A stretch of 39,432 bases of DNA from Candidatus Woesearchaeota archaeon (GTDB taxonomy: Archaea > Nanobdellota > Nanobdellia > Woesearchaeales > JAZDKJ01): NCBI GenBank assembly GCA_043803105.1, contig JAZDKJ010000003.1, forward strand, positions 1 to 39,432, in the 5' to 3' direction. Shown piece by piece: positions 27,475 through 37,296 of the stretch. Numbering within the stretch: position 1 is the stretch's first letter; the number at the start of each line of letters is the position of its first letter. The position numbers and the translations under genes are program-made. The notes beneath the pieces were generated by a model, which did not search any database, was not told the DNA's origin, and saw only the letters and a program-made list of their open reading frames with translations.

Positions 27475-28953
27475 TCAGTCTTTTTTTGCTGCAACAGAGA
27501 GCTCTTTTAGGCGCGAAGGATTAGTAAAGGCAACACCAACTCCTGAAGAGACAGTCTTAAACATGAGGGAAGTGGCAGTAATTAAGATCTTGGGCTTTCG
27601 TATGGCAAACCGGATAACCCTTAAGATACTAGCAGGATCAGCCAAATAATTTACAAGATAAACAAGCTTGTTTGAATAACCAATCTTGCCAAAGCACTCC
27701 TTGATATAGTGCCTGGAACGCAAGAGCTCTTCATGCGACATTGTTGGCAAGTCAAGGGTCAGGGTAGTATCTTCAGTGTAGCTCAGGGTTGACCAATCAG
27801 GCTTACCCTTCAACCAGCCTTTCTCTCTTGCCTCATCAAAAAGGTAGGTTCCGGGCAAAGGGGTTGTGAGATGAACTTCGATAGAGAAAGGCTTTATCTC
27901 TCTTAAAAGCATGCAGGTGTTAAGAACAGAAGACTTGGTCTCACCAACATTGCCAACCATGAGATAAGCATGCGCAAGAATACCAATGCGCTTACAGGCA
28001 TTAAAGGCCTTTCGTACATCATCAAGCTTTGTGTATTTTCTAATGTTCTTCAGGATTGTTTCATCTCCAGTCTCTACACCGAAGGCTATAGCGATGCAGC
28101 CTGCAAGCTTCATCAATCTTAAGGTCTTTTCTGAAATGTTCACCCTTGCCTGACATCTCCATATGATATCAATCTTCTGGCGGATAATCTCTTCACAAAT
28201 CATATCAGCATGGTTTCCTATACCGAAAGTATCGTCGCTAAACACGATTATATCAGGATTGTGCTTTTCCTTAAGCTGCTTGATCTCTGCAACAACATTC
28301 TTGGCACTCCTGAACCTAAGCTTCTTGCCGAAAATAGCCCTGAGGCAGGGCTGGCAATAGGTGCAATCACCATAACAGCCCCGGCTTGAAATAATGCTGA
28401 GCTCCCGAATGTTCCTCAAAGCAAAGTATATTTCAAGAGGAAAAAGATCCTGCCTGGGAAAGGGAAGCAGATCGATATTTTCAATCGGAGGCCTTGGAGC
28501 AGTCTTCTTGACTTTGCTGCCTGCCTTGAAGCATATTCCCTTAACCTTTGCCAGGCTGCGGCTATCAATAATTGCCTCGCAAAGCTCGAAAAGCGTAAGC
28601 TCTCCCTCTCCGACAACAACAAAATCTACATGCGGATTCTTACAAGTATCTTCAGGAAGCACAGTGGGATGAGGGCCGCCCATGATAACAACATTATGTT
28701 TGTTAATGCGCTTGATATCTAAACAAGCACGGAAAGCAGTCGAACTCAAGGTGCTCGTAGAGGTAATAGCATAAATCTGCGGTTCTTGAGACAACTGGCT
28801 TAGCCAATCCTTGCAGAAGGTCAGGTCAAAAACCCTTGTTTGGTAGCCCTTATTAGAAAGATAAGCTGCCAAATAACCAATGCCTAAAGGAGGATAAACA
28901 CCAATGTTCTTAGACAAGTCATTCGGATAAACAAAATTGACCTTCCTTTCCAT
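27475..28953 (-). CDS. Cobalamin-binding radical SAM enzyme
   Basis: PPLGIGYLAAYL, GGPHPT, GEGE, SRGCYGDCTYC, SDDTF, FGVETG and TPLPGT. Alternative start 28971. Confidence 0.93.
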   Translation of the reverse strand: MERKVNFVYPNDLSKNIGVYPPLGIGYLAAYLSNKGYQTRVFDLTFCKDWLSQLSQEPQIYAITSTSTLSSTAFRACLDIKRINKHNVVIMGGPHPTVLPEDTCKNPHVDFVVVGEGELTLFELCEAIIDSRSLAKVKGICFKAGSKVKKTAPRPPIENIDLLPFPRQDLFPLEIYFALRNIRELSIISSRGCYGDCTYCQPCLRAIFGKKLRFRSAKNVVAEIKQLKEKHNPDIIVFSDDTFGIGNHADMICEEIIRQKIDIIWRCQARVNISEKTLRLMKLAGCIAIAFGVETGDETILKNIRKYTKLDDVRKAFNACKRIGILAHAYLMVGNVGETKSSVLNTCMLLREIKPFSIEVHLTTPLPGTYLFDEAREKGWLKGKPDWSTLSYTEDTTLTLDLPTMSHEELLRSRHYIKECFGKIGYSNKLVYLVNYLADPASILRVIRFAIRKPKILITATSLMFKTVSSGVGVAFTNPSRLKELSVAAKKD

Positions 28954-29055
28954 AAAATCAGGACAATGCATTTTTTCTTATAAAGCTTAGCATTAGGAAA
29001 TCAACAAAAAACAGAGCAGACTGAAGCAGATACGCTTATAAAGGCACTATTTTTC

Positions 29056-29505
29056 ATGAGAATGATGATGCCTGTGCACCACCTTTGGACATCATTACTC
29101 CTGGCAATAGCATTGTACCCATTTTTTGGGATAGCATCAGGACTGGCAATAGCTGGCGGAGTGCTGCTTGACATCGACCATTATGTGTTTGACTATTTCA
29201 AATTCAAAAGACCAAGCCTCAAGAAGTGGTATGCGATGCACAAGGAAGCGCTTAAAACCCGGAGATTCAAGCACATAAAAAACAACCTGTACATTTTCCA
29301 CACAATAGAGTTGATGGCTATATTTTTAGTACTGGGTTTTATCAACAGATGGGCAGAAATCATTCTCTTCGGAATAATATTACACAGGCTGCTTGATGCA
29401 ATACAAACCAAACACGTGGCAGGCGAATACTCAGTATGCGCACCATCAATAATCATATGGGCACACAATAGAAATCAATATAAATCACGGGAGAAGATTC
29501 AATAA
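29056..29505 (+). CDS. Membrane protein, YdjM-like putative metal-dependent hydrolase
   Basis: Hydrophobic helices with HH, LLDIDH, FHTIE and HRLLD motifs. Confidence 0.7.
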   Translation: MRMMMPVHHLWTSLLLAIALYPFFGIASGLAIAGGVLLDIDHYVFDYFKFKRPSLKKWYAMHKEALKTRRFKHIKNNLYIFHTIELMAIFLVLGFINRWAEIILFGIILHRLLDAIQTKHVAGEYSVCAPSIIIWAHNRNQYKSREKIQ

Positions 29506-29507
29506 AC

Positions 29508-30950
29508 ATGAGATTAGCAATAATAAACCCAAATCTAAGCGGAAGCATCTCTGGCCTTGATATGGGTGTTGCATACCTGGCAACATACATCGATGAGAGG
29601 ACGAAACACCAAGTGAAAATAATTGACTTGACTTTTCACCGGAAGGACTGGAAGGGGCACATAAGGAAAGAATTCAGGAAGTTCAAGCCTGAAGTGGTAG
29701 GCATATCTGTGGTATCATTATACCTGTCTTATGCAAGAGATGTTGCGAGGGAAGTGAAGCGGATTTCTAGGGTACCTATCATAGTGGGGGGAATGCACCC
29801 GACACTTGAACCGGAAGAAACAATAAAAATACCTGAATTTGACGCTCTCTCTATAGCTGACGGAGAGGAAACACTAACAGAATACCTTGACGCATTGCAA
29901 GAAAACAAACCATTGAGCACAATAAAGGGACTTTGGTACAAGCAAAAAGGGCAAGTGCATAGAAATGAAGGTAGGCCATGGACTGACAACATAAACAGCC
30001 TGCCAATACCAAACTATGACCTATGGGATGACATAGACAAGTATTTCAAATTCATGCAGAGGCTGTACTTCATAGGAGTCAGAGGGTGCCCATACCGATG
30101 CACATACTGCGACGAGCACGCCCTAAACAAAACAAGCACAGGCAAGAGATACAGAATAAGGGACCCGAGAGCATTTGCAAGAGAGGTAAAGCACCAATAT
30201 GACAAGTACAGGGAAAGGGGAATGAGGCTTGCGCACATGTTCGATGCAGTATTCACATTTGACAAGAAATGGCTGGAGGAATTTACAGATGAATACAAAA
30301 AACTAGGGCTGTCGAAGCGATTGCCATACACAATCTTCATAAAAGCAGACAACCTTAACTCAAGCGAGGACAAGCTAAAGATGCTCAAGGACAGCGGATG
30401 CAGGCAGATAAGGGTCGGAATAGAGGCAGGGGATGAAGACGTGAGGACAAAGATCTACAAGAAAGCAGGAACAACAAACAAACAACTAGAGGGGTTTATC
30501 AAAGCATACAAAAAGCATGGGCTTGTAGTTAAGGCATACAACATACTTGGGGGGCCTGGAGAAACACAGGATACAATAAAGAAGACGGTAGAGATAAACA
30601 AAAGGTTCAAGACAGACATACCCTTGTTCTTCACATACACACCTTTGCCAGGAACAACAATACTTGAGATGATAGAAGGAGAAACCACAATGGCAACAAG
30701 CCTGCATTTCAAAGAATCAATACACCTGAAGGGAGTGCCAAAAAACTTTGTGGAAAAAATGCAAAGACATGCATACCTATACTTTGTTCCGCGCATGATG
30801 ATAAGGGTGTTTCTTAAGCACCCAATCAAATTCAGCTATATGATGGCCACAAGGGTCTTAAGCGGTATTGCATTGGACGCTGACTTGAGACTAGTTGTTG
30901 CTTATACAGTCTCTAGCCCACTTTTCTGGGATGCTTTCGCTCAAGCCTAA
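29508..30950 (+). CDS. Cobalamin-binding radical SAM enzyme
   Basis: GVAYLATY, GGMHPT, DGEET, RGCPYRCTYC, VGIEAG, GGPGET and TPLPGT. Confidence 0.93.
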   Translation: MRLAIINPNLSGSISGLDMGVAYLATYIDERTKHQVKIIDLTFHRKDWKGHIRKEFRKFKPEVVGISVVSLYLSYARDVAREVKRISRVPIIVGGMHPTLEPEETIKIPEFDALSIADGEETLTEYLDALQENKPLSTIKGLWYKQKGQVHRNEGRPWTDNINSLPIPNYDLWDDIDKYFKFMQRLYFIGVRGCPYRCTYCDEHALNKTSTGKRYRIRDPRAFAREVKHQYDKYRERGMRLAHMFDAVFTFDKKWLEEFTDEYKKLGLSKRLPYTIFIKADNLNSSEDKLKMLKDSGCRQIRVGIEAGDEDVRTKIYKKAGTTNKQLEGFIKAYKKHGLVVKAYNILGGPGETQDTIKKTVEINKRFKTDIPLFFTYTPLPGTTILEMIEGETTMATSLHFKESIHLKGVPKNFVEKMQRHAYLYFVPRMMIRVFLKHPIKFSYMMATRVLSGIALDADLRLVVAYTVSSPLFWDAFAQA

Positions 30951-31635
30951 GCAATACTAGAGAGATAATCAGCCTTGAGAAAATAGAAGGGAGTTTTCTT
31001 AACTTAAAGGTCTTGACCTCTTTGATGTTGCGCAGAATGTGCCTGACAGGAACCTCTTTGACCTTATAACCCTTGGCAACAGCCCTCAAGAGAATCTCAG
31101 TCGAAATGCAGTCCTTAAACAAGACACATTCAGGCAAGACAGCATCAATAACCTCCTTCCTGTAAACCTTAAAACCGCTATCAATGTCACGGAAAACATG
31201 CAAAAAGAGCACGCTGACAAGTGTGTTGTAAACATTTGAGTAAAGGATTCTTGCAAAAGGGTCTTTTCTAGGGGCCTTCCTGCCTGAAACAATATCATAG
31301 GATTTGACAAACTTGAGCATCGGGCTAAAGTCTGCTGCGTAATGGCCACCAGCATCACTAAACAGGATTATTCTTCCCTTAGCAATTTTCAAGGCATCCT
31401 TGACAGCCTGAACATACCCTTTCCTTTCCCTGCCTGAAACCAAGGTGAAAGAGAGTTCCTTTTTCAAACGACTGAGAATAGATTTTGTACCATCAACGCT
31501 GCCATCCTCAGCAATGATAAACTCACAATCAGGCAGGGTCTTACTGAACCTGTAATAGCTTCTTACAATCTGTTCTATAGTATCTGCACTATTGTAAACA
31601 GGGATTATGATTGAATAATTATGGAGCCTGGACAT
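30913..31635 (-). CDS. Glycosyltransferase family 2
   Basis: SIIIPVYN, EDGSVDGT, FSDA and DIDSGFKVY. Confidence 0.92.
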   Translation of the reverse strand: MSRLHNYSIIIPVYNSADTIEQIVRSYYRFSKTLPDCEFIIAEDGSVDGTKSILSRLKKELSFTLVSGRERKGYVQAVKDALKIAKGRIILFSDAGGHYAADFSPMLKFVKSYDIVSGRKAPRKDPFARILYSNVYNTLVSVLFLHVFRDIDSGFKVYRKEVIDAVLPECVLFKDCISTEILLRAVAKGYKVKEVPVRHILRNIKEVKTFKLRKLPSIFSRLIISLVLLRLERKHPRKVG

Positions 31636-32521
31636 TTTTCAAACCTTCCCTCAAGGAAACAACAGGCTTCCAGCCAAGATCCTTTTCTATCTTCAGGAAA
31701 GAACCGAATTCAATGTCTAACTCATCAGGACGCAGGAGAGAAGGTTGACTAACAGCCTGAATCTTTTTTCCTGTAATCGAGGAAAACAGGTCCAAAATAT
31801 CAGAGGCGCTGGAAGCAACACCTGAACAAATGTTATAGATATGAAAACCGTTTGACAGACTAGACTCAATCGCGGACCTAAAAGCCCTGGCAATGTCGTC
31901 AACGTAAACATAGTCCCTCTTGGCTCTTAGGTCACCAAGCTTAAGCAAATTGCCATGCCTTAGCTGTTTTGCAACAGTAGGGATTAAGAACTGGTCTCTT
32001 TGGCCAGGACCAAAAACATTGAAAATGCGGAAGGCAACAAATGACTTTGGCTCTGTAGAATAAAAACTGATAAGCTGCTCAACCAAAAGCTTAGACTTTC
32101 CAAGAAAATTCGTAGGGTTAGCGGGCATTGACTCATCCAAAGGGGGCTTGCCAGAGCGACCATACACCTTTCCTGAAGAGCTAAACAAAAACATCTTTGA
32201 TGCAGGAGAGGCAACAAAAGCATCAAGCACATTCTTGGTTCCGACAATGGCGACTTCCAAAGCAAGATATGGTTTGAAGGTAATCTCGTCATGGGTTGTC
32301 AGGGAGGCAAGATGAACAACAAATTGAGCACGAGAGACAGCAGCGTTGACTTTTTCCTTGTCAAGTACTGAGGCGCTGAAATAGGAATTGACTCCTGTAA
32401 GAGAGCAAGCAGGAGCTTGGTCAAGGCCAATCACCTCAAAGCCGGAGGAAATCAATTCCTTACCAATAGAATTACCCAAAAAACCATTTATTCCAGTTAT
32501 AAGCACTATACCCTTTGGCAA
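31619..32521 (-). CDS. NAD-dependent epimerase/dehydratase (extended SDR) with an atypical active site
   Basis: TGINGFLG, HLA, SSGKVYG, RIFNVFGPGQ and RDYVYVDD. LGKSK replaces YxxxK. Confidence 0.88.
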   Translation of the reverse strand: MPKGIVLITGINGFLGNSIGKELISSGFEVIGLDQAPACSLTGVNSYFSASVLDKEKVNAAVSRAQFVVHLASLTTHDEITFKPYLALEVAIVGTKNVLDAFVASPASKMFLFSSSGKVYGRSGKPPLDESMPANPTNFLGKSKLLVEQLISFYSTEPKSFVAFRIFNVFGPGQRDQFLIPTVAKQLRHGNLLKLGDLRAKRDYVYVDDIARAFRSAIESSLSNGFHIYNICSGVASSASDILDLFSSITGKKIQAVSQPSLLRPDELDIEFGSFLKIEKDLGWKPVVSLREGLKNVQAP

Positions 32522-32532
32522 GCAAAAATCAC

Positions 32533-33516
32533 CTAGTAGTAGCCTTTATCAACAAACTCTCTCCAGTAGTCCAAAACTGACTGCATTGTATCCTTGAAAG
32601 GAATAGTGGGTTTCCAACCTGTGAGGTTATGAAACTTTGTGAAATCGCCAATAAAGGTCTTTAGCTCGGTAGGCCTTACCCTCACAGGGTCAACCTGGTA
32701 GGTAATCTTATCCTTCATTGAGGAGAGGTTGATGAGCATCTTCAAGCATTGTTCCATAGTGTAGATCTGCTGTGAACCGATAAGGTAGAGCTCGCCCGGC
32801 TTTCCCTTCTCCATAGCCAACCAATAAGCGCGCGCAATGTCGCGAACATCAGTAAAGTTACGCGTGGCCTCAAGATTGCCAACTCTGATTATTGGCTCTT
32901 GCATGCCCTTTTCGATCCTGGCAATCTGATAAGCAAAGGAAGCATTAGCGCCTTGAATATCCCTTCTAGGACCTTCATGGTTAAAAGCCCTTGTGCGAAC
33001 AATGTTCATGCCATAACTCCAAAAATAGACTTGGCAAACACAATCTTGCGCTACTTTGCTTGCCGCATAGGGATTTGCAGGAGCAATCCTTGTTTCCTCA
33101 GTGATGGGGATGAGCTCTTTAGGAACGTCACCATATTCCTCTGGAGTGCAGGAGATAAGCACCCTTGCATTTGAGCCAACAGTCCGCATGGCCTCAAAAA
33201 GGTTTATTGTGCCGATAGCATTAATCTGCATATAAGCTACGGGAAGGTCCCAACTTGGGGTAACCCAGCTCATTGCGCCGAGATGATAAATAAAGTCCGG
33301 CTTAGAAACCCTCAAGACCTTGCATAGACTTGTCTGGTCAATAAGGTCACCATCAATCAAAGTAATTTTGTCAAGAATATGATGAATATTTCGCAGAGTG
33401 GAGTTAGTCCTCTTCAGACCAAAAATCCTGTAATCAGTGTTTGCCAGCAAGAAATCAGCAAGATGACTGCCTACAAAGCCAGTAATGCCAGTTATGAGCA
33501 CACGCTTTTCGTTCAT
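32533..33516 (-). CDS. gmd: GDP-mannose 4,6-dehydratase-like SDR
   Basis: TGITGFVGSHLA, HLGAMS.V..SW, EEYG, PYAASK, FNHEGPRR and VGNL...R.F.DVRD. Confidence 0.82.
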   Translation of the reverse strand: MNEKRVLITGITGFVGSHLADFLLANTDYRIFGLKRTNSTLRNIHHILDKITLIDGDLIDQTSLCKVLRVSKPDFIYHLGAMSWVTPSWDLPVAYMQINAIGTINLFEAMRTVGSNARVLISCTPEEYGDVPKELIPITEETRIAPANPYAASKVAQDCVCQVYFWSYGMNIVRTRAFNHEGPRRDIQGANASFAYQIARIEKGMQEPIIRVGNLEATRNFTDVRDIARAYWLAMEKGKPGELYLIGSQQIYTMEQCLKMLINLSSMKDKITYQVDPVRVRPTELKTFIGDFTKFHNLTGWKPTIPFKDTMQSVLDYWREFVDKGYY

Positions 33517-34814
33517 AAAGATATCATCCTAATGCGCTGGGCCATCGACTTTGCCCGGCTAACAACCTGGTCCATGTTGAGGTATTCAAACTCTGAGAAC
33601 CTGCCCAGAAGAAACATCCCAAGACTATTTAAATGTTCCTTAGCAAGGCAAATGTTCTTTGCATGGTCAAGATCATAAATGACATAGGCATATTTTTCCC
33701 TATGCAAGTCAGTAAAATTGACCTTGGAGTCCTTGGAAATAAGTTCGGAATTCTTCAAAGAATCAACAGTTAGGTCTGTAATCTGCTTGTCAGTCAAGCC
33801 TGAGAGAGAGTCACCCTCACGAAAGGTGATCTCTGCGAGAAGGTTAGAAGAGCCTGGCAGAGAATAATTCTTTCCAAGGCAGTCGAGCTTACTTACCCGG
33901 TGAAAGATAAATTTCTTCTCAGGCAAATTAACAGAAAAATTGTTGCCGATATTATCAGAATCAACATTAACAAGGACAATGACAATGGAGTTGAATTTCA
34001 AGTTCGCAATAGATTCTTTCACTTCTTTTGGAAGCTCCAAGAGCAAAGAGAGCTCCTGCAAAGGAATTGTAGAGACTAAGTTATCAAATTCATAGCTCTT
34101 TTCAGTTGTCCTAACACACCATTTATCCTTAAGCTTTTTTACAGAGACCACTAAACCATCTGTAAACACCTTTGCTTTTTTCGCGCTGGACTTAAGTATC
34201 AAAGGCAACTCTTGTATGCCGCCGCTTTCAGGATATTGGAAATAAAGTTGGTGAACATAACCTTCCTTTGGCTTTGAGTTATAACCATCAATAATATCCT
34301 GCCTCGGGGGCTTTGGAATCCTTGAGACCATCTGAGTGGACATGAGATAGGGGTCAAACTTCCAGATTTTCTCATTGTAAGGCTTAAGGTAAAGGTTTGT
34401 AATGCCTTCGCCAAAATTCTTGAGAAAGAAGGAAAGCATGTTAGAGGCATCATAAGACTTATAAGGGTTGTCAAGAAATGTTCTCAAGCAAAAATCGCTG
34501 TCAGGCTTTGGCAATTGAAAGAGGTGATTCTCAAAAGGGTACTTCACAAACCTGGACTTGAACCAAATCTGGTTTGACCTGAGCAGACGTGAAAGCTTGC
34601 CAGAGAAAAGACCGTTAACCCAATCCATAAACTCCTGGTCTTTAGAAAAAAGTATGTGCGGGCCTATATCATAAAATATACCCTCCTTGGAGAAACTCCT
34701 TGCGAGGCCACCAACAACATGCTCTTTCTCGAAAATGGTGCACTCAAGGTCAAGAAAGTATGCAAGGCTCAAACCAGCAAGACCTCCTCCGAGAATGCAG
34801 ATATTTTTGGTCAT
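33513..34814 (-). CDS. FAD-dependent oxidoreductase (UDP-galactopyranose mutase/HemY-like)
   Basis: GGGLAGL, GGLARS, DIGPH, PYNEKIW, F.YP..GG and GRFSEFEYLNMD. Confidence 0.85.
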   Translation of the reverse strand: MTKNICILGGGLAGLSLAYFLDLECTIFEKEHVVGGLARSFSKEGIFYDIGPHILFSKDQEFMDWVNGLFSGKLSRLLRSNQIWFKSRFVKYPFENHLFQLPKPDSDFCLRTFLDNPYKSYDASNMLSFFLKNFGEGITNLYLKPYNEKIWKFDPYLMSTQMVSRIPKPPRQDIIDGYNSKPKEGYVHQLYFQYPESGGIQELPLILKSSAKKAKVFTDGLVVSVKKLKDKWCVRTTEKSYEFDNLVSTIPLQELSLLLELPKEVKESIANLKFNSIVIVLVNVDSDNIGNNFSVNLPEKKFIFHRVSKLDCLGKNYSLPGSSNLLAEITFREGDSLSGLTDKQITDLTVDSLKNSELISKDSKVNFTDLHREKYAYVIYDLDHAKNICLAKEHLNSLGMFLLGRFSEFEYLNMDQVVSRAKSMAQRIRMISL

Positions 34815-34819
34815 TTGCC

Positions 34820-36199
34820 CTATAAATAATTCAGGTCAAAGCGGTCATCCTTCCAAAGGCCAAGCTCTTCGTGAGCCCACCTGAAGACAGGGGCTTTATC
34901 CTCCAAAATATGCTTTGCAAAACCAAGAGTCTTTATTGCCACATTCTCTCCATAAAGCTTTTTTGAGCGAGAGAGACTATCAAGCAAAGGGGTATCAAAA
35001 GCCTCCTTAATGATACGAGACATAAAACCAGCTTCATATGGCGGAATGAGCATATTTGACTTTGCCTCAAAAACAGTCTCAGGCCTGTCAGAAGAGAACC
35101 TACAGGTAAGGCAAGGCATACCCAGTTCATTCGCCTCTTCCTGAAGGCTGCCAGAATCAGTAAGTACAGCGGCGCAATGGCCTGAAGTGAAAAACTCCAT
35201 AACCTGAGCATACTCCTTCCACAAGGGAGTGAAGAGAAAACCCTTGTTACCCAGGGATGAGAGTTTTTTTCTCAAAGAGTAATAGTCCAAGGCTTTTGAG
35301 GTAGCGGTAAGCTCAATCATGACCACCTTGATACCGCTATTGACAAGATTAGAGACAGCACCAATGATTGACTTAAAGCGCCTCTCAGTGAGGTTTTCTC
35401 TCCTATGGATGTCAATCCTTAGCCAATCACCATTTTCCAATTGAGGATAAAGCTCAAAAATGCTCTCTTGAGGCTTTTTCTTTTTCCTAAGGTTCACTGT
35501 GTCAACCACTGTATTCCCAGTAACAAAAATATCCTTTGGGTTATAGGCTTCGCGAACAAGATGACTCTTGTTCAACTCCAGGGGAGCAAAGAAATACTGG
35601 CAGCTGGCAGCAGAAACAAAAGTGTCCCACTGCTCAGGAAAAGGTTCATTCCTCAAAACAGACCATTTGCCACTAGCTTGCACGTTAAAGAAATCCTGGG
35701 CAGACAAATTTTCAAAACCTTTTGGATAAGCAGGGGACATGGCACGCAAGCCAGCTTCGCCCTGGATGCACTTTTCATTAGAAGCAAAGAGCCAGGCAGC
35801 AGGAAATATTCCTGCGACAATAGTATCACCATTAACATAGGGAATAAGGATAATCTTTAGGTTCTTCAGATGCTGATAAAGGTCACGAACCTTCAAGAAA
35901 AGCTCAGCGGACTTCTGTGACAAGTCACCCCTAATATTAAGGTTAACAGCAACCCTATCCTCAAAATCGAACTCTTTTAAGCCAAAACCGAGAAGATCGT
36001 CAAAGTGCTGGCCAGTGTTGATGATAGCATAAGGAATGGATTTTTTCTCTGCCTCTTCCATAAGGCTCCAAAGCTTGATAAAACAAGGCTTTGTTGCAAG
36101 GATGATGCCCAAAACCTTAAGGCCTTTCTGATTTGAAAGGGAAGAGATTTCTTCAAGCAACTTGTCATTGTAGGTTATGGGAAGCGATTGTTCAGTCAT
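34820..36199 (-). CDS. UDP-N-acetylglucosamine 2-epimerase-like protein (divergent WecB)
   Basis: TGQH, GDT, EAGLR, PFPE, GNTVVD, HRREN, TDSGSLQEE and RPE. Confidence 0.85.
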   Translation of the reverse strand: MTEQSLPITYNDKLLEEISSLSNQKGLKVLGIILATKPCFIKLWSLMEEAEKKSIPYAIINTGQHFDDLLGFGLKEFDFEDRVAVNLNIRGDLSQKSAELFLKVRDLYQHLKNLKIILIPYVNGDTIVAGIFPAAWLFASNEKCIQGEAGLRAMSPAYPKGFENLSAQDFFNVQASGKWSVLRNEPFPEQWDTFVSAASCQYFFAPLELNKSHLVREAYNPKDIFVTGNTVVDTVNLRKKKKPQESIFELYPQLENGDWLRIDIHRRENLTERRFKSIIGAVSNLVNSGIKVVMIELTATSKALDYYSLRKKLSSLGNKGFLFTPLWKEYAQVMEFFTSGHCAAVLTDSGSLQEEANELGMPCLTCRFSSDRPETVFEAKSNMLIPPYEAGFMSRIIKEAFDTPLLDSLSRSKKLYGENVAIKTLGFAKHILEDKAPVFRWAHEELGLWKDDRFDLNYL

Positions 36200-37296
36200 C
36201 TCAACACCTGCTTAACAGTATCAAAAGCCTTTTCTGGATTGATCAAGGACATACAATTAGGCACAGGACAGCCGGAATCAGACTTTGACTTAAAGCAACC
36301 AAGGCAGCCAAGCTCAGGCTCAAGGACAACACCGCGGCCATACAAGTCAAATTCGGCGCTATTGAATATGTTATTGAAAAGAACAATCTTCTTGTTTAGG
36401 CCAATTGCAAAATGCAAAGCCATGGTGACAGAGGTGACAAGAATGTCACACAAATTCACAAGGTGCACAAACTGGTCCAATGGCACTGGGCCGTGATAAT
36501 AAGCGCCGGTGGCTTTTGCTATGGCAAGGTTCTTCTCATGCTCAAGCTCTCCACCTAGCAAAATGGCTGAAAATCCCTCCTGTAAAAGCAAGTTTGCAAG
36601 CTTGACCCAGTTCTCCTTAGGCCAATTTCTTGTTGGCCACCTTGCGCTCGTGCCTGTGTTCAGGCCAACAACGTTTCCAGCAAGCTTGGGCAAAGAGATC
36701 CTCAAAGTAGGAATGTCAAGGATATACTCCTCGTGCGAATAAGGCAGGCCAACAATCTGAAAAATCTCCTGTTGGTAGCTAAGCTTGTTTCGCTTGTTCA
36801 AGCCATCATGCAAGCCAGTAAGATACTTATGCACAGCATCCGGGTCGATTGGGCTGCAGCTGCCATTCTCGAGAACAAAACCCTTCTTTACATCAGCACG
36901 GATGAGGTTTGCCAATGCGCAAGCCTCCTTATCCTTGTCAAGACTGTAAAGAATGTCATACTTTTCTGCAAGAAGCCTCAACAATATATTAGCATCAAAC
37001 TTGAGGATGTGGTCCACAACTGAAGGAACAACCTCTGGAACGAAAGTGACCCAGGTAATCTCGCAACCAGGGTAGACTTCCTTTAGCTTCCTGACAAGCG
37101 GGGTGGTTCTTATGATATCACCAATAGCACCAAGCTTGATAATTACAATGCGCTTACCCTTGGGCTCGAAATGAGAGCAATCAGAGCAGACGAGTCCTTT
37201 TTGCTTGTGCAATTTGCATGGCATGTCTCCTAGAAAGAACCGACAGTCCCTGCGGATAGACATATCATATTGAGGATAATGCTCAGGATTTTTCAC
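36196..37296 (-). CDS. Glycosyltransferase family 9 (heptosyltransferase-like)
   Basis: KLGAIGDIIRTTP, RNWP..NW, LLGG..E and HFA.GL. GTG start with a GGGGG SD. Confidence 0.88.
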   Translation of the reverse strand: MKNPEHYPQYDMSIRRDCRFFLGDMPCKLHKQKGLVCSDCSHFEPKGKRIVIIKLGAIGDIIRTTPLVRKLKEVYPGCEITWVTFVPEVVPSVVDHILKFDANILLRLLAEKYDILYSLDKDKEACALANLIRADVKKGFVLENGSCSPIDPDAVHKYLTGLHDGLNKRNKLSYQQEIFQIVGLPYSHEEYILDIPTLRISLPKLAGNVVGLNTGTSARWPTRNWPKENWVKLANLLLQEGFSAILLGGELEHEKNLAIAKATGAYYHGPVPLDQFVHLVNLCDILVTSVTMALHFAIGLNKKIVLFNNIFNSAEFDLYGRGVVLEPELGCLGCFKSKSDSGCPVPNCMSLINPEKAFDTVKQVLR

